DNA of 63,951 nucleotides, filler included, from an uncultured Methanosarcinales archaeon (lineage in GTDB: Archaea > Nanobdellota > Nanobdellia > Woesearchaeales > CALCXY01), in the NCBI GenBank assembly GCA_964385185.1. It is 4 parts of 4 records of this genome, joined end to end, with 100 filler letters (N's around TTAATTAATTAA, not from the genome) between each part and the next. Parts side by side here need not be neighbours in the genome. Positions count along the whole stretch, not along the records: positions 41,179 to 60,375 come from CAYLOA010000023.1; positions 60,476 to 63,951 come from CAYLOA010000053.1; 2 more parts are not named here. The stretch is one strand, 5' to 3'. Of the stretch, positions 50,495-60,970 are shown in pieces. The notes under the pieces are model-generated. The model ran no database searches. It was not told where the DNA came from and worked only from the letters and a program-made list of their open reading frames with translations. The position numbers and the translations under genes were made by a program. Numbering within the stretch: the stretch's first letter is position 1; the number at the start of each line of letters is the position of its first letter.

Positions 50495-51967
50495 ATGACT
50501 GAAGTTTTATTAATACAGCCGAGTTATGGCAGTTGGGAGAATATGGGGGCTAGACTGCCTCATGCTATGCTTTCAATTGCATCCATGCCAGTGAAGAAAG
50601 GATATAAAGTAATTCTTATTGACCAACGAGTTGACAAAGATTGGAAACAGAAGTTAATCACTCACTGTAAAAAAAATCCTGTCTGTGTTGCACTTTCTAC
50701 TACGACTGGAATGATGATTGATAATTGTTTCGAGTTGGCTGAAATTATCAGAGAACATACTGATGCACCTATTGTTTGGGGAGGACCTCATCCGACTTTA
50801 TTTCCTGATCAAACTATTAAACATCCTTTAGTGGATATGGTCATGATTGGTGAAGGTGAATTTACATTTATGAAGTTAGTTGAGAAGCTAGAGAAAGGAG
50901 AGAGTATTGATGACATCCCTGGACTTTTGTATAAGAAAAAAGAAAATGGAGAAGTTAAGATTATTAAGAATCGTGAAAGAGAGATTATCAAAGATTTTGA
51001 AACTATTCCTGATCTTCCTTATGAGTTAGTTGATTTTAAAAAATATTATGGATTAAATTTTGATTCTGCAAAACCGAGTATTACTATGATTACTAGTAGA
51101 GGATGTCCGTATACCTGTGGTTTTTGTGCCATTCCTGTATTGTATAAACGAAGTTGGAAGGCATTACGTCCGGAAATGGTTATTGAACGATTAAAGTATA
51201 TGGAAGATAAGTATGGGATAAAGGATTTTTATTTTCAAGAAGATAACTTTGCTTTTGATTTGAAGCGGGTGAAAGGAATATCTGAAGCTATTATTAAAGA
51301 AAAGATGGATATTACCTGGGGAACTCTTGGGATAAGGGCAGATACTATTTGTAGGATTGATGATGATCTTTTGGAGAAAATGTATAAAAGTGGTGCAAGA
51401 CAATTGGATGTTGGAGTTGAGAGTGGGAGTCAACGAGTCTTGAATATTATTGGTGGAGCTAAAAAAGTTGTAGATATGCAGAATGCTAATAAGAAAATAA
51501 GTAAATATCCTATTTCAATGAAATATACGTTTATTGCTGGTTATCCTACTGAGACTATGGATGAATTGAAGCAATCTGTTGATTTGGCTATGAGTATGTT
51601 AAAAGAAAATAAACATGCCTATGCTCCGTTTTTTGTTGCTTGTCCGTATCCTGGAACTTCATTGTTTAATATCGCTTTACAACAAGGTCTTAAAGTTCCT
51701 AAGGATTTAAAAGGATGGGCAAGTTTTGATCAGACTATTCCTACTAAGGAAAATATTCCTTGGATGGATAAAAAACAGTTTGATGTGTGTAAAATGTTGG
51801 CTTTAACTTCGTATTTTACTTCTAAGAATATGTCTGTTAAGTATGGGAAAGCACATATGAGGATTTTACTTGGTGTGTATCATCATTTTGCTAAGTTTAG
51901 GTTTAAGAATATGTTTCAACATGCTTTTGTTGAAGGTAAAGTAGCTGAGAAGATGTTTTATAGCTAA
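50495..51967 (+). CDS. B12-binding radical SAM protein
   Basis: GGPHPT, GEGE, SRGCPYTCGFC, GVESGS, GYPTET. Confidence 0.93.
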   Translation: MTEVLLIQPSYGSWENMGARLPHAMLSIASMPVKKGYKVILIDQRVDKDWKQKLITHCKKNPVCVALSTTTGMMIDNCFELAEIIREHTDAPIVWGGPHPTLFPDQTIKHPLVDMVMIGEGEFTFMKLVEKLEKGESIDDIPGLLYKKKENGEVKIIKNREREIIKDFETIPDLPYELVDFKKYYGLNFDSAKPSITMITSRGCPYTCGFCAIPVLYKRSWKALRPEMVIERLKYMEDKYGIKDFYFQEDNFAFDLKRVKGISEAIIKEKMDITWGTLGIRADTICRIDDDLLEKMYKSGARQLDVGVESGSQRVLNIIGGAKKVVDMQNANKKISKYPISMKYTFIAGYPTETMDELKQSVDLAMSMLKENKHAYAPFFVACPYPGTSLFNIALQQGLKVPKDLKGWASFDQTIPTKENIPWMDKKQFDVCKMLALTSYFTSKNMSVKYGKAHMRILLGVYHHFAKFRFKNMFQHAFVEGKVAEKMFYS

Positions 51968-51973
51968 GCGATA

Positions 51974-53887
51974 TTATACTTTCTTATCATTTACAAATAT
52001 GTCGTGCCATTGGTCTAGGACTAATAATGACCATAATTGTCTTGCATAGTATTGTGAGGTGAGTTTATGACGTTTTAGGATTAATTTGTATGAAAGATTA
52101 TCTTGATAGTTTAAGAGTTTGTCAATGTAGCCTTTTTTACAAATTCCATTGATGAATTTGGACTCTAAAAGCGTTTGTTTTGTTAGTTCTTTGAATTCTC
52201 CTCCAAAGAAGTGATCAATCGGTGTAAAGAATCTTTGTTTCTTTCTTTTGATGATTTCTTTTGGCAATAGATGAGAAACTGCTTGTTTTAGGATGAGTTT
52301 TTCATTATTTCCTTTCAACTTTAATTTAGGATGGATTCTCATGGCTGCTTCTACCACTTTGTGATCCATGAATGGAACACGGCCTTCCATACTATGAGCC
52401 ATGGTCATTCTATCTGATCGAGTTAAGATATCCGAAACTAGCCAATTTTTTAATTCAAAGTGCATCACACTATTCAATTCATTCTGTTTATGATCTTTAT
52501 TATCGGGATTTTGGAAGTATTTGGTCAATATTTTGTAATCGTCATGTAAATATGCAAATTGGTTGATGGTTTCTGGTTTGAGAAGATCATGTTTTTCTTT
52601 ATCGTTGAAGATTGTAGTTAATTGATAGTATCTATTTTGAGGATCTTTTACATTATCTAGTAACTCACCTAGTTTGTCAAACGCCCCATCTTTGGGAAGA
52701 AGATTTAGGGATGGTTTGATTAGATATTTGTTTATTCCAGATGGGACAGCTTTGTCGTATAGTTTAGTTGCCTTCATCAATCGGTATTGTTCATATCCCA
52801 TAAAGATTTCATCTGAACCTTCTCCCATGACCATAACGGTAACATGTTTCTTTGCTTCTTTGAAGATTTGGTAGGCAGGAAGTGTGGTTAAGTCTCCTAC
52901 TGGTTCATCCAGGTGGTAGATAATCTTAGGGAGTGTTTTGAGTGAGGAAGATGATAAGGTCAGTTCAGTATGATCAGTGCCTACATGGTCAGAGACTAAT
53001 TTTGCTTGTTTGAATTCATTATCAGGTTCACCTTCAAAGCCAATCGTGAATGTTTTGATGTTTTCAGTAAATTCTTTCATCATGGCAACTATTGCAGATG
53101 AATCTAATCCTCCGCTGAGGAGTGCTCCAAGTGGGACGTCTGAGATAAGTCTTCTTTCAACAGCATCTTTTAGTTCATCATGGACTTCTTTTTTTGCTTT
53201 AGCTACATTATCTGATTGATTTTTGAGAGAGATGTCCCAGTATTTTTGAATTTTGAGTATGCCTTTGTTTATCGTGAGAAAATGTCCTGGTTGAAGTCTT
53301 TTTACGTTTTTTAGAATTGTTTTTTCTCCCAATACAAATCGGTATGACAAGTATTGATTTAATGCATCTGGATCTAGGTCTTTTTTGATGTCTTGGTTTT
53401 GCAATAGACACTTTATTTCAGAGGCATAAAAGAATTGGTCGTTTTCTGTATCGTGGGTGTAGTAGAGTGGCTTAATTCCTAATCTGTCCCTTGCTATAAA
53501 TAGAAATTCTTTATTGGAATCATATATGGAGAAGGCAAACATTCCATTTAATTTCTTAAGACAGTCTACTCCCCATTCTTCATATGCATGGATAATTACT
53601 TCGGTATCAGAATCTGTTTTGAAGGTGTGTTTTTTCTCTAATTGAGCTCTAATTTCTAGGTAATTGTAGATTTCACCATTAAATACAATTGCTAAGGATT
53701 CATCTTCATTGTAGATCGGTTGTTTTCCAGTAGAAAGATCGATAATAGACAGTCTTACCATACCCATACAGAAGTTTTTATCGGAGAATGTTCCTTCTTC
53801 GTCTGGCCCACGGTATTTCATTACTTTCATCATGGATTTTAGGAGCTCCTTGTCCTCTATTCCATACATTCCACAGATTCCACACAT
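51974..53887 (-). CDS. asnB: Asparagine synthase-like glutamine amidotransferase
   Basis: MCGICG, RLSIID, FNGEIYN, LSGGLDSS, EGRVPF. Confidence 0.93.
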   Translation of the reverse strand: MCGICGMYGIEDKELLKSMMKVMKYRGPDEEGTFSDKNFCMGMVRLSIIDLSTGKQPIYNEDESLAIVFNGEIYNYLEIRAQLEKKHTFKTDSDTEVIIHAYEEWGVDCLKKLNGMFAFSIYDSNKEFLFIARDRLGIKPLYYTHDTENDQFFYASEIKCLLQNQDIKKDLDPDALNQYLSYRFVLGEKTILKNVKRLQPGHFLTINKGILKIQKYWDISLKNQSDNVAKAKKEVHDELKDAVERRLISDVPLGALLSGGLDSSAIVAMMKEFTENIKTFTIGFEGEPDNEFKQAKLVSDHVGTDHTELTLSSSSLKTLPKIIYHLDEPVGDLTTLPAYQIFKEAKKHVTVMVMGEGSDEIFMGYEQYRLMKATKLYDKAVPSGINKYLIKPSLNLLPKDGAFDKLGELLDNVKDPQNRYYQLTTIFNDKEKHDLLKPETINQFAYLHDDYKILTKYFQNPDNKDHKQNELNSVMHFELKNWLVSDILTRSDRMTMAHSMEGRVPFMDHKVVEAAMRIHPKLKLKGNNEKLILKQAVSHLLPKEIIKRKKQRFFTPIDHFFGGEFKELTKQTLLESKFINGICKKGYIDKLLNYQDNLSYKLILKRHKLTSQYYARQLWSLLVLDQWHDIFVNDKKV

Positions 53888-53939
53888 GTACTTCTGGAGT
53901 GTAGGAATGTTTAAATACGTTATGTATTTTCAATATTTT

Positions 53940-55235
53940 ATGACTTATTTGTTGCTTGGAGGAGGGATTGCAGCCCTGAGTTTGGCTTATTTTCTCAAAG
54001 AAGATAGCATTATTTTAGAGAAAGACGAAAAAATAGGAGGTCTTTGTAGAAGTTATGATTTTAAAGGGATTACTCATGATGTAGGGCCACATATTCTCTT
54101 TTCTAAGAATAAGGAAATTCTGGCATTACATTCAAGTTTTATTAAAACGAATAAGATTAAGCGGAGTAATAGTATTTATTTCAAGGGAAAATTTGTTAAG
54201 TATCCATTTGAAAATGATTTAGCTGCTTTACCTGAAGCTGATCGAGATTATTGTTTACAAGAATTTCTTCATAATCCGTATGAAAACTATGAAGCAAAAA
54301 ATATGCTTCAATTCTTTTTGAAGACTTTTGGAGAGGGGATTACTCGATCGTATTTACAGCCTTACAATGAAAAGATTTGGAAATTTGATAGTAGTTGTAT
54401 GGATACTCAGATGGTGGGAAGAATTCCTAAACCTCCTAAAGAAGATGTGATTAAATCAGCTGAAGGAGTCGAGACTGAAGGATATAAACACCAATTACAT
54501 TTTGAATATCCTACTACTGGTGGGTTTCAGAGTTTGGTTGATGCGTATGCAGATCGAATTAAAGATAAATCTAAGATTATGAATCCAGTTAATATTACTT
54601 CCATGAAACGTGAAGGGAAAGAGTGGGTTGTTGAAAGTGATAAAGGCCAATTTAAATCTGAAAAAATGATTAACTGTATGCCTTTACATGAATTGTTTGC
54701 CTATCTTGACGCTCCTGCAGAAATTACTACTGCTTTGGATAATATGTTGTATATTAGTATCTATGTTGTGTTGATTCGAGCTACAAAAGATACGATTGGA
54801 GAGAAATTAGCTATCTATATTGCTGATAAAGATGTTATTTTTCATCGATTGAGTAAATTAAACTTTTTAGGGGATGAGTATTGTGCTCCTGATGGCAAGA
54901 GTACATTTTTAGCTGAGATTACCTATCGTCCTGGAAGTTATCTTTCTACATTACCTGTTGAGGAGATTAAGGAGAAGGTCATTGATGGATTGGACAATTG
55001 TAATTTTGTCAAGAGAGAGGATGTTGAAGATATTGAGGTTAATAGTTTCAAGTATGCTTACGTTATTTATGATTTAGATCATCGGAAGAATACAGATAAG
55101 GTTCTTGAGTATTTACGAAGTATCGGAATTGAGAGTAATGGAAGGTTTGCAGAATTTGAGTATATGAATTCTGATCATGTTGCTGAACATAGCCAAGCTT
55201 TAGCAAAGAAATTAGAAGGTGGAAGTAATGAGTGA
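53940..55235 (+). CDS. FAD-dependent oxidoreductase (UDP-galactopyranose mutase/HemY-like)
   Basis: LGGGIAALS, GGLCRS, DVGPH, PYNEKIW, GRFAEFEYMNSD. Confidence 0.85.
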   Translation: MTYLLLGGGIAALSLAYFLKEDSIILEKDEKIGGLCRSYDFKGITHDVGPHILFSKNKEILALHSSFIKTNKIKRSNSIYFKGKFVKYPFENDLAALPEADRDYCLQEFLHNPYENYEAKNMLQFFLKTFGEGITRSYLQPYNEKIWKFDSSCMDTQMVGRIPKPPKEDVIKSAEGVETEGYKHQLHFEYPTTGGFQSLVDAYADRIKDKSKIMNPVNITSMKREGKEWVVESDKGQFKSEKMINCMPLHELFAYLDAPAEITTALDNMLYISIYVVLIRATKDTIGEKLAIYIADKDVIFHRLSKLNFLGDEYCAPDGKSTFLAEITYRPGSYLSTLPVEEIKEKVIDGLDNCNFVKREDVEDIEVNSFKYAYVIYDLDHRKNTDKVLEYLRSIGIESNGRFAEFEYMNSDHVAEHSQALAKKLEGGSNE

Positions 55236-55935
55236 GCCGAGTCTTTCTATTATTTTACCTGTGTATAATGAGGAGAAAGTTATTGCTAAAGTTATAGCTG
55301 ATTTGTATGAACAGGTTGTTCAGGTGTATGATGGTAAGGCAGAGATTATTGTAGCTGAAGATGGCAGCACGGATAATACTAAACAAGTTTTGGCTGACGT
55401 TCATAAGAAAATTCCTTTTGTATTAGTGTCTGGTGTTGAGCGGAAAGGATATAATAAAGCGAATAAAGATGCTCTTGCTCTCGCTAAAAGTGATTTAGTT
55501 TTTCTTTCTGATGCAGGAGGGGGACATGATCCTCAAGATTTTTTTAGGATGTTACCTTATTTGAAGAATTATGATGTTGTTAGTGGGATTAAAAAGCAAC
55601 GAAAGGATCCTTGGCAGAGAATTGTGATGTCAAAAGTGTATAATGCTTACATTTCTGTATTATTTTTACATCGATTTAGAGATATTGATGCTGGATTTAA
55701 AATTTATAAGCGAAAAGTGTTAGATGCAGTATTACCTGAGTGCACTTTGTTTAAAGAATGTATTTCTACTGAGATTTTACTTAGGACGGTTACTAAAGGA
55801 TTTAAGATTAAGGAGATTCCTGTTACGCATTTAGAAAGAGAGATTTTAGCTCAGAGAACATTTTCATTTAAGAAATTGCCAAAATTAGTCGGTGGTATTT
55901 TTGTGGATGTTTTGAAATTACGATTTAAGGTGTAA
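55228..55935 (+). CDS. Glycosyltransferase family 2 (DPM1-like)
   Basis: IILPVYNEE, EDGSTD, DIDAGFK. Confidence 0.9.
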   Translation: MSEPSLSIILPVYNEEKVIAKVIADLYEQVVQVYDGKAEIIVAEDGSTDNTKQVLADVHKKIPFVLVSGVERKGYNKANKDALALAKSDLVFLSDAGGGHDPQDFFRMLPYLKNYDVVSGIKKQRKDPWQRIVMSKVYNAYISVLFLHRFRDIDAGFKIYKRKVLDAVLPECTLFKECISTEILLRTVTKGFKIKEIPVTHLEREILAQRTFSFKKLPKLVGGIFVDVLKLRFKV

Positions 55936-55939
55936 GATT

Positions 55940-56728
55940 ATGAAATCATTACAGGGGAACATAGTTTTAGTCACAGGAGCTTCTCGAGGTATTGGGAAGG
56001 CTTTGTCTATTTTATTATGTAAAAAAGGTGCTACGGTTATTATTGCTTCTCGAACTTTAGATCCATTGGAAGAGTTTCAAGGAAAGTTGAAGAAGGAAGG
56101 TCATAGTGTAGATGCTTTTGCAGTAGATGTCTGTTCTGAGAAGTCTATTGTTGATTTGGTTGGGAAGATTAAGGAGAAATATGGAAAACTTGATGTTCTG
56201 ATTAACAATGCAGGAATTGGATTATTTGAAACGGTTCGAGATTCTAAGGTTGAGGATGCTAAAAAAGTATTTGATACCAATGTGTGGGGTCCAATGATGC
56301 TTATTCAACAAGTATTGCCACTTATGGATGGAGGATCCATTGTTAATATTTCATCAGCAATTACTTTTCATGGAGCATTCTATCAAGGTGTGTATTCGGC
56401 TTCTAAATCTGCATTGGATAGATTATCAGAATCCTTGGCAATTGAGGAAAAAGGTATTAGTGTGACTAGTGTTTTTGTTGATCGGACAAAAACTACCTTT
56501 AGAGATCATGTTGTAGGTCCTAAGGATAAGTTAGTTCTGCCTGCAGGTGGGGAAGAAACCACTGTTCAAGATTGTGCAAAGTATATTGTGAAAGCTTTGG
56601 AGAAGAGGGTGCAGTTTTGTTATCCTAATTTGAAGGTTCGTGTTTTTCGAATGATTACTGGAATTTGGCCTGAGAAGATTTCAAGAATGTTTAAGAAACA
56701 GTATATGAGGATACAGAATGGAAAATAA
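55940..56728 (+). CDS. Short-chain dehydrogenase/reductase
   Basis: TGASRGIG, NNAG, YSASK. Confidence 0.92.
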   Translation: MKSLQGNIVLVTGASRGIGKALSILLCKKGATVIIASRTLDPLEEFQGKLKKEGHSVDAFAVDVCSEKSIVDLVGKIKEKYGKLDVLINNAGIGLFETVRDSKVEDAKKVFDTNVWGPMMLIQQVLPLMDGGSIVNISSAITFHGAFYQGVYSASKSALDRLSESLAIEEKGISVTSVFVDRTKTTFRDHVVGPKDKLVLPAGGEETTVQDCAKYIVKALEKRVQFCYPNLKVRVFRMITGIWPEKISRMFKKQYMRIQNGK

Positions 56729-57707
56729 GGTATTAGTAACAGGAGCTCCTGGATTTTTAGGAAATCAACTTATTGATACTTTGTTAAAGGATGACCGAAA
56801 GATTACTTGTTTAGTCCATCCTTCTATGAAGAGTCCTCAGTTTGATTCGATGTTTACTTACTCTGATAAAGTTACTGTTGAGTTTGTGGATGTGCGAGCT
56901 CCACTTGAGCAATTACAAGGATATATGAAAGGTATGGATAGTGTGTTTAATTGTGCAGGAATGCAACATCCAGTATATACCAAGGAAATTTATACTGTTA
57001 ATCGAGATGCTCCTGCACATTTGTTGCAAGCGGCAATTAATTCTGGTGTGAAGAAGTTTGTTCATGTGAGTAGTTCTTCTATTCATGGAGAAAATAAAAA
57101 AGGCGAAGTGATGGATGAAGAAACCCCATTTCACCCTTTGACTCATTATGCTAAAAGTAAAGTGCAAGGAGAACATTTACTTTTGAAGTTGGCAGATAAA
57201 GGAGTTACTTTGAGTATGATCCGTCCTTCTGTGTTTTATGGAAGTCCTGCTTCTAAGAATTTGAATGAACTCATGGATGGTCTTAGAAAAGGTAAAAAGA
57301 TGCCTTATATTGGGAAAGAAGGAAGTCTTCGTTCGTATGTAGCATTACAACAAGTGTGTGATGCACTAGTTTTAGCTGAGCAGAAGTCAAAGACTGGTGA
57401 GGCGTATTTGATTACTGATACGGAACCGCTTACAACTAAGCAGTTTTTTCAGAGTATCTGTAATGGATTGAAGGTGGAGTGTAAAACTCGGAGTTTGCCT
57501 ACATTTTCTTCACGTATTGGAGAAGGGGTAGCGATGTTTGCTGGATCGATGGGTAAACATCTTCGTATGGCTAATATTTTAGGAGAATTTGGTCGAAATC
57601 ATGTGGTGAGTAATGCAAAAGCTGTTAAGGAATTAGGATTTAATGCTATTGAAGAGTCTACTACGGGGTTGCAGTCTATGGGCAGAAACTTTATAAGTGG
57701 TGAATGA
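56718..57707 (+). CDS. NAD-dependent epimerase/dehydratase
   Basis: TGAPGFLG, YAKSK. Confidence 0.9.
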   Translation: MENKVLVTGAPGFLGNQLIDTLLKDDRKITCLVHPSMKSPQFDSMFTYSDKVTVEFVDVRAPLEQLQGYMKGMDSVFNCAGMQHPVYTKEIYTVNRDAPAHLLQAAINSGVKKFVHVSSSSIHGENKKGEVMDEETPFHPLTHYAKSKVQGEHLLLKLADKGVTLSMIRPSVFYGSPASKNLNELMDGLRKGKKMPYIGKEGSLRSYVALQQVCDALVLAEQKSKTGEAYLITDTEPLTTKQFFQSICNGLKVECKTRSLPTFSSRIGEGVAMFAGSMGKHLRMANILGEFGRNHVVSNAKAVKELGFNAIEESTTGLQSMGRNFISGE

Positions 57708-58708
57708 TTTCTCAGTTTATTATGGATGACCAAAAAAAAGTTCTTATTACTGGTGTTACTGGTTTTGTAGGTAGTCATTTAGTTGATTATTTGCTTGCTA
57801 ATACTGATTACAAAATTTATGGTTTGAAACGGCCAAATTCTTCACTTAGGAATATTAAGGATACTAAAGATAAGATTACGTTGCTTAATGGTGATCTTAA
57901 TGATGAAACGAGTTTGGTGAGGGCTCTTGAAAAGAGTCAGCCTGATTTTATCTATCATTTAGGAGCTTTAAGTTGGGTAACCCCTAGTTGGGATATGCCA
58001 GCAGCCTACATGCAGACCAATGCAGTAGGGACCGTAAATTTATTTGAAGCTATGCGAGTCGTTGGAAATAAAGCTCGTCTGTTAATTTCTTGTACTCCTG
58101 AAGAGTTTGGAGATGTTCCTAAAGAAATGATTCCTATTACTGAAGAGACTCGAATTCATCCTATTAATCCCTATGCAGCCTCAAAGGTTGCACAAGATGC
58201 AGTTTGTATGAGTTATGGAGCTTCTTATGGATTTGAGATTATTAGAACACGAGCATTTAATCATGAAGGGACTCGTAGAGATATCTTAGGAGCTAATGCT
58301 TCATTTGCATTTCAGATAGCACAAATTGAGAAAGGGATTATTCCACCTGTAATTAAAGTAGGAAATTTAGAGGCTACTCGTAATTTTACTGATGTTCGAG
58401 ATACGGTTAAAGCATATTATCTAGCTATGGAAAAAGGAGTTCCTGGTGAGCTGTATCTTATTGGGACACAACAAATTCATACGATGGAAGAGTGTTTGAA
58501 AATGTTAATTCAAGCATCTCCTATGCGGGATAAAATTACGTATGAAGTTGATCCTGAACGTGTTCGTCCAACAGAATTGAATACGTTTATTGGTAAATTT
58601 GATAAATTTGAACAACTTACGGGATGGAAGCCTACTATTCAATTGGATGAAACCATGAAATCTATTCTTGATTACTGGAGGGAATTTTTAGAGAAGGGGT
58701 ATTATTAG
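57704..58708 (+). CDS. GDP-mannose/GDP-heptose 4,6-dehydratase-like protein
   Basis: LITGVTGFVGSHL, PYAASK, RAFNHEG, GNLEATRNFTDVRD, RVRPTE. Confidence 0.85.
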   Translation: MISQFIMDDQKKVLITGVTGFVGSHLVDYLLANTDYKIYGLKRPNSSLRNIKDTKDKITLLNGDLNDETSLVRALEKSQPDFIYHLGALSWVTPSWDMPAAYMQTNAVGTVNLFEAMRVVGNKARLLISCTPEEFGDVPKEMIPITEETRIHPINPYAASKVAQDAVCMSYGASYGFEIIRTRAFNHEGTRRDILGANASFAFQIAQIEKGIIPPVIKVGNLEATRNFTDVRDTVKAYYLAMEKGVPGELYLIGTQQIHTMEECLKMLIQASPMRDKITYEVDPERVRPTELNTFIGKFDKFEQLTGWKPTIQLDETMKSILDYWREFLEKGYY

Positions 58709-58710
58709 AG

Positions 58711-59592
58711 ATGAAAATTCTTATTACTGGTGTTAATGGATTTCTTGGTCAATTTCTAGCTACTACTTTACTTGCAAAAGAACATACTGTAGTTGGATTA
58801 GGCAGGAAGGCAAGTTGTTTGGTTGGTGGTGTGGAATATATTTCTGGAAGTGTACTTGATAAAGAAGCAGTTGGAAAAGCTATGGAGGGTGTGGATGCTG
58901 TTGTCCATCTTGCTGCTTTAACAGCACACGCCGATATTATTGATAATAAATTTGATACCTTGCAGATTAATTTGTTGGGAACTAAGAATGTGTTAGATGT
59001 TATGCGGGAGAAGCAAGTTAAGAAATTTTTGTATGCTTCTACTGGGAAAGTCTATGGAGAGATATCTTCTCTTCCTATTACTGAGGAGCATGTTACCAAG
59101 CCATTAAATGTTTTAGGAAGGTCTAAGCTTTTAACGGAGAATTTAATTAATTTTTATAGTTCGGGAAGTGAATTTGTTATTTTTCGAATTTTTAATGTGT
59201 ATGGACCTAAACAAAAGGATAATTTTCTCGTTCCTACTATTTTGAGTCAACTACGTGAAGGAGAGAGTGAGATTACCTTGGGGGATATTTCTGCTCAGAG
59301 AGATTATACCTATGTAGATGATGTGATTAAGGCATTTGTTTTAGCTTTGGAGAAGCAATTTGATAAAGAAATTCAGGTGTTTAATATTTGTTCTGGGAGA
59401 GGGGCATCTGCTAAGGAGATTGTAGATATTATTGGAAAGCATAAAGAGAGGGAAATAATTGTTCATGTTAATAGTGCTTTGATACGGAAGGATGAAAAAG
59501 ATGTTGAATATGGAAGTTTTGCAAAGGCTCAAGAAGTGTTGGGTTGGAAACCTACGATTTGTTTAGAGGAAGGTTTAGGTAAGTTACTATGA
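58711..59592 (+). CDS. NAD-dependent epimerase/dehydratase
   Basis: TGVNGFLG, FNVYGP, RDYTYVDD; catalytic YxxxK appears as LGRSK. Confidence 0.85.
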   Translation: MKILITGVNGFLGQFLATTLLAKEHTVVGLGRKASCLVGGVEYISGSVLDKEAVGKAMEGVDAVVHLAALTAHADIIDNKFDTLQINLLGTKNVLDVMREKQVKKFLYASTGKVYGEISSLPITEEHVTKPLNVLGRSKLLTENLINFYSSGSEFVIFRIFNVYGPKQKDNFLVPTILSQLREGESEITLGDISAQRDYTYVDDVIKAFVLALEKQFDKEIQVFNICSGRGASAKEIVDIIGKHKEREIIVHVNSALIRKDEKDVEYGSFAKAQEVLGWKPTICLEEGLGKLL

Positions 59593-60375
59593 AAGCTGTT
59601 ATTATGTGTGGCGGAAGAGGAACTCGTATGGGGGATCTTGCCAAGGAAATTCCTAAAGGGTTAATTGAGATTGGTGGAAAGTCCATTTTGGAACATCAAG
59701 TTGAATTGTTGAAGAAATATGGGATCGTAGATATCTGGATGACGGTTGGTCATTTGAAAGAACCTATTATGGATTATTTTGGTAATGGAGAGAAGTTTGG
59801 TGTTAAGATTCAATATTATGAAGAGGAAGAACCTCTAGGAACTACAGGAGGAGTTAAGAAAATTGCTAAAGAGTTGGATTCTGATTTTCTTATTTTGTAT
59901 GGTGATGTATTAGTGCATATGGATTTGGGAAAGTTAATTGCTTTTCATAAAAATCATGATGCAGATGCCACACTTGTTGTCCATCCTAATGATCATCCTC
60001 AAGATTCTGATTTGGTTGAGATGGATTTTAGTTGTAAGATTACAGCATTTCATTCTAAAAAAGAAATTGAAGGAAAGTTTTTTCATAATATGGTCAATGC
60101 TGGATTATATGTTTTGAAATCACCTGTTGTTGATGAGTTGCCTGATAAAGGAGATTTTGGGACAGACTTTTTTCCTGCTGTTGTAGATAAAATGAAGCTG
60201 TTTGGTTATAATACTGCAGAATATTTGAAAGATATGGGAACACCTTCACGATTGGAGGAGGTGAATAAGGCTTTTGTTTCTGGTAAGGTTAAGAGATGTG
60301 GAAAAGAGCATAAACGAAAAGCAATTTTTGTAGATAGAGACGGGACGATTAATAAGGAAGTTAAGTTGTTGCATA
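59589..60375 (+). CDS. Nucleotidyltransferase (HddC-like) fused to HAD phosphatase (GmhB-like), 3'-partial
   Basis: CGGRGTR..PK, PLGTTG, YGD, DMGTP, then KAIFVDRDGTIN. Confidence 0.88.
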
Positions 60376-60475
60376 NNNNNNNNNNNNNNNNNNNNNNNNN
60401 NNNNNNNNNNNNNNNNNNNTTAATTAATTAANNNNNNNNNNNNNNNNNNNNNNNNNNNNNNNNNNNNNNNNNNNN

Positions 60476-60970
60476 GGTTACATCAAAGTGGGAAATATGC
60501 TTGAGCAATATAATCTCTTGTGGTTAGAAATTGACACCTACAATTCCACAGCACTGCGCCAGATTAAAGATTCTGTTATGACACCCATAACTTCGTGTGA
60601 AAATCTATACGGAACTCGCCAATATCTACCATTCTTTGAAAAGCACGCTATGGATACGGTTTCAATAGATGTTATTTGGAATGGTTTTACGTGTTCAAAG
60701 AAAATTGCTGATATGGCGGAACTTTATGAAATGAATATCTCTCCTCACAACTACAATGGACTTCTTTCGACTTTTATTAGCATGCAATTTTGTTCACTTG
60801 TACCTAATCTACATCTGGCAGAAATCGATGTTGATGATGTACCATGGAGAGAGGAGCTTTTTACTAATTTGCCAATTATAGAAGATGGTTATTTGAGTAT
60901 ACCTACAGAACCTGGTTGGGGTACAGATCTTAATGAAAAAGCTTTAATTAAATATAAGTGGCCAAAGTAG
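60476..60970 (+). CDS. Mandelate racemase/muconate lactonizing enzyme family (5'-partial)
   Basis: WLE, CENL, SPHN, PTEPGWG. Confidence 0.85.
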   Translation, partial: GYIKVGNMLEQYNLLWLEIDTYNSTALRQIKDSVMTPITSCENLYGTRQYLPFFEKHAMDTVSIDVIWNGFTCSKKIADMAELYEMNISPHNYNGLLSTFISMQFCSLVPNLHLAEIDVDDVPWREELFTNLPIIEDGYLSIPTEPGWGTDLNEKALIKYKWPK

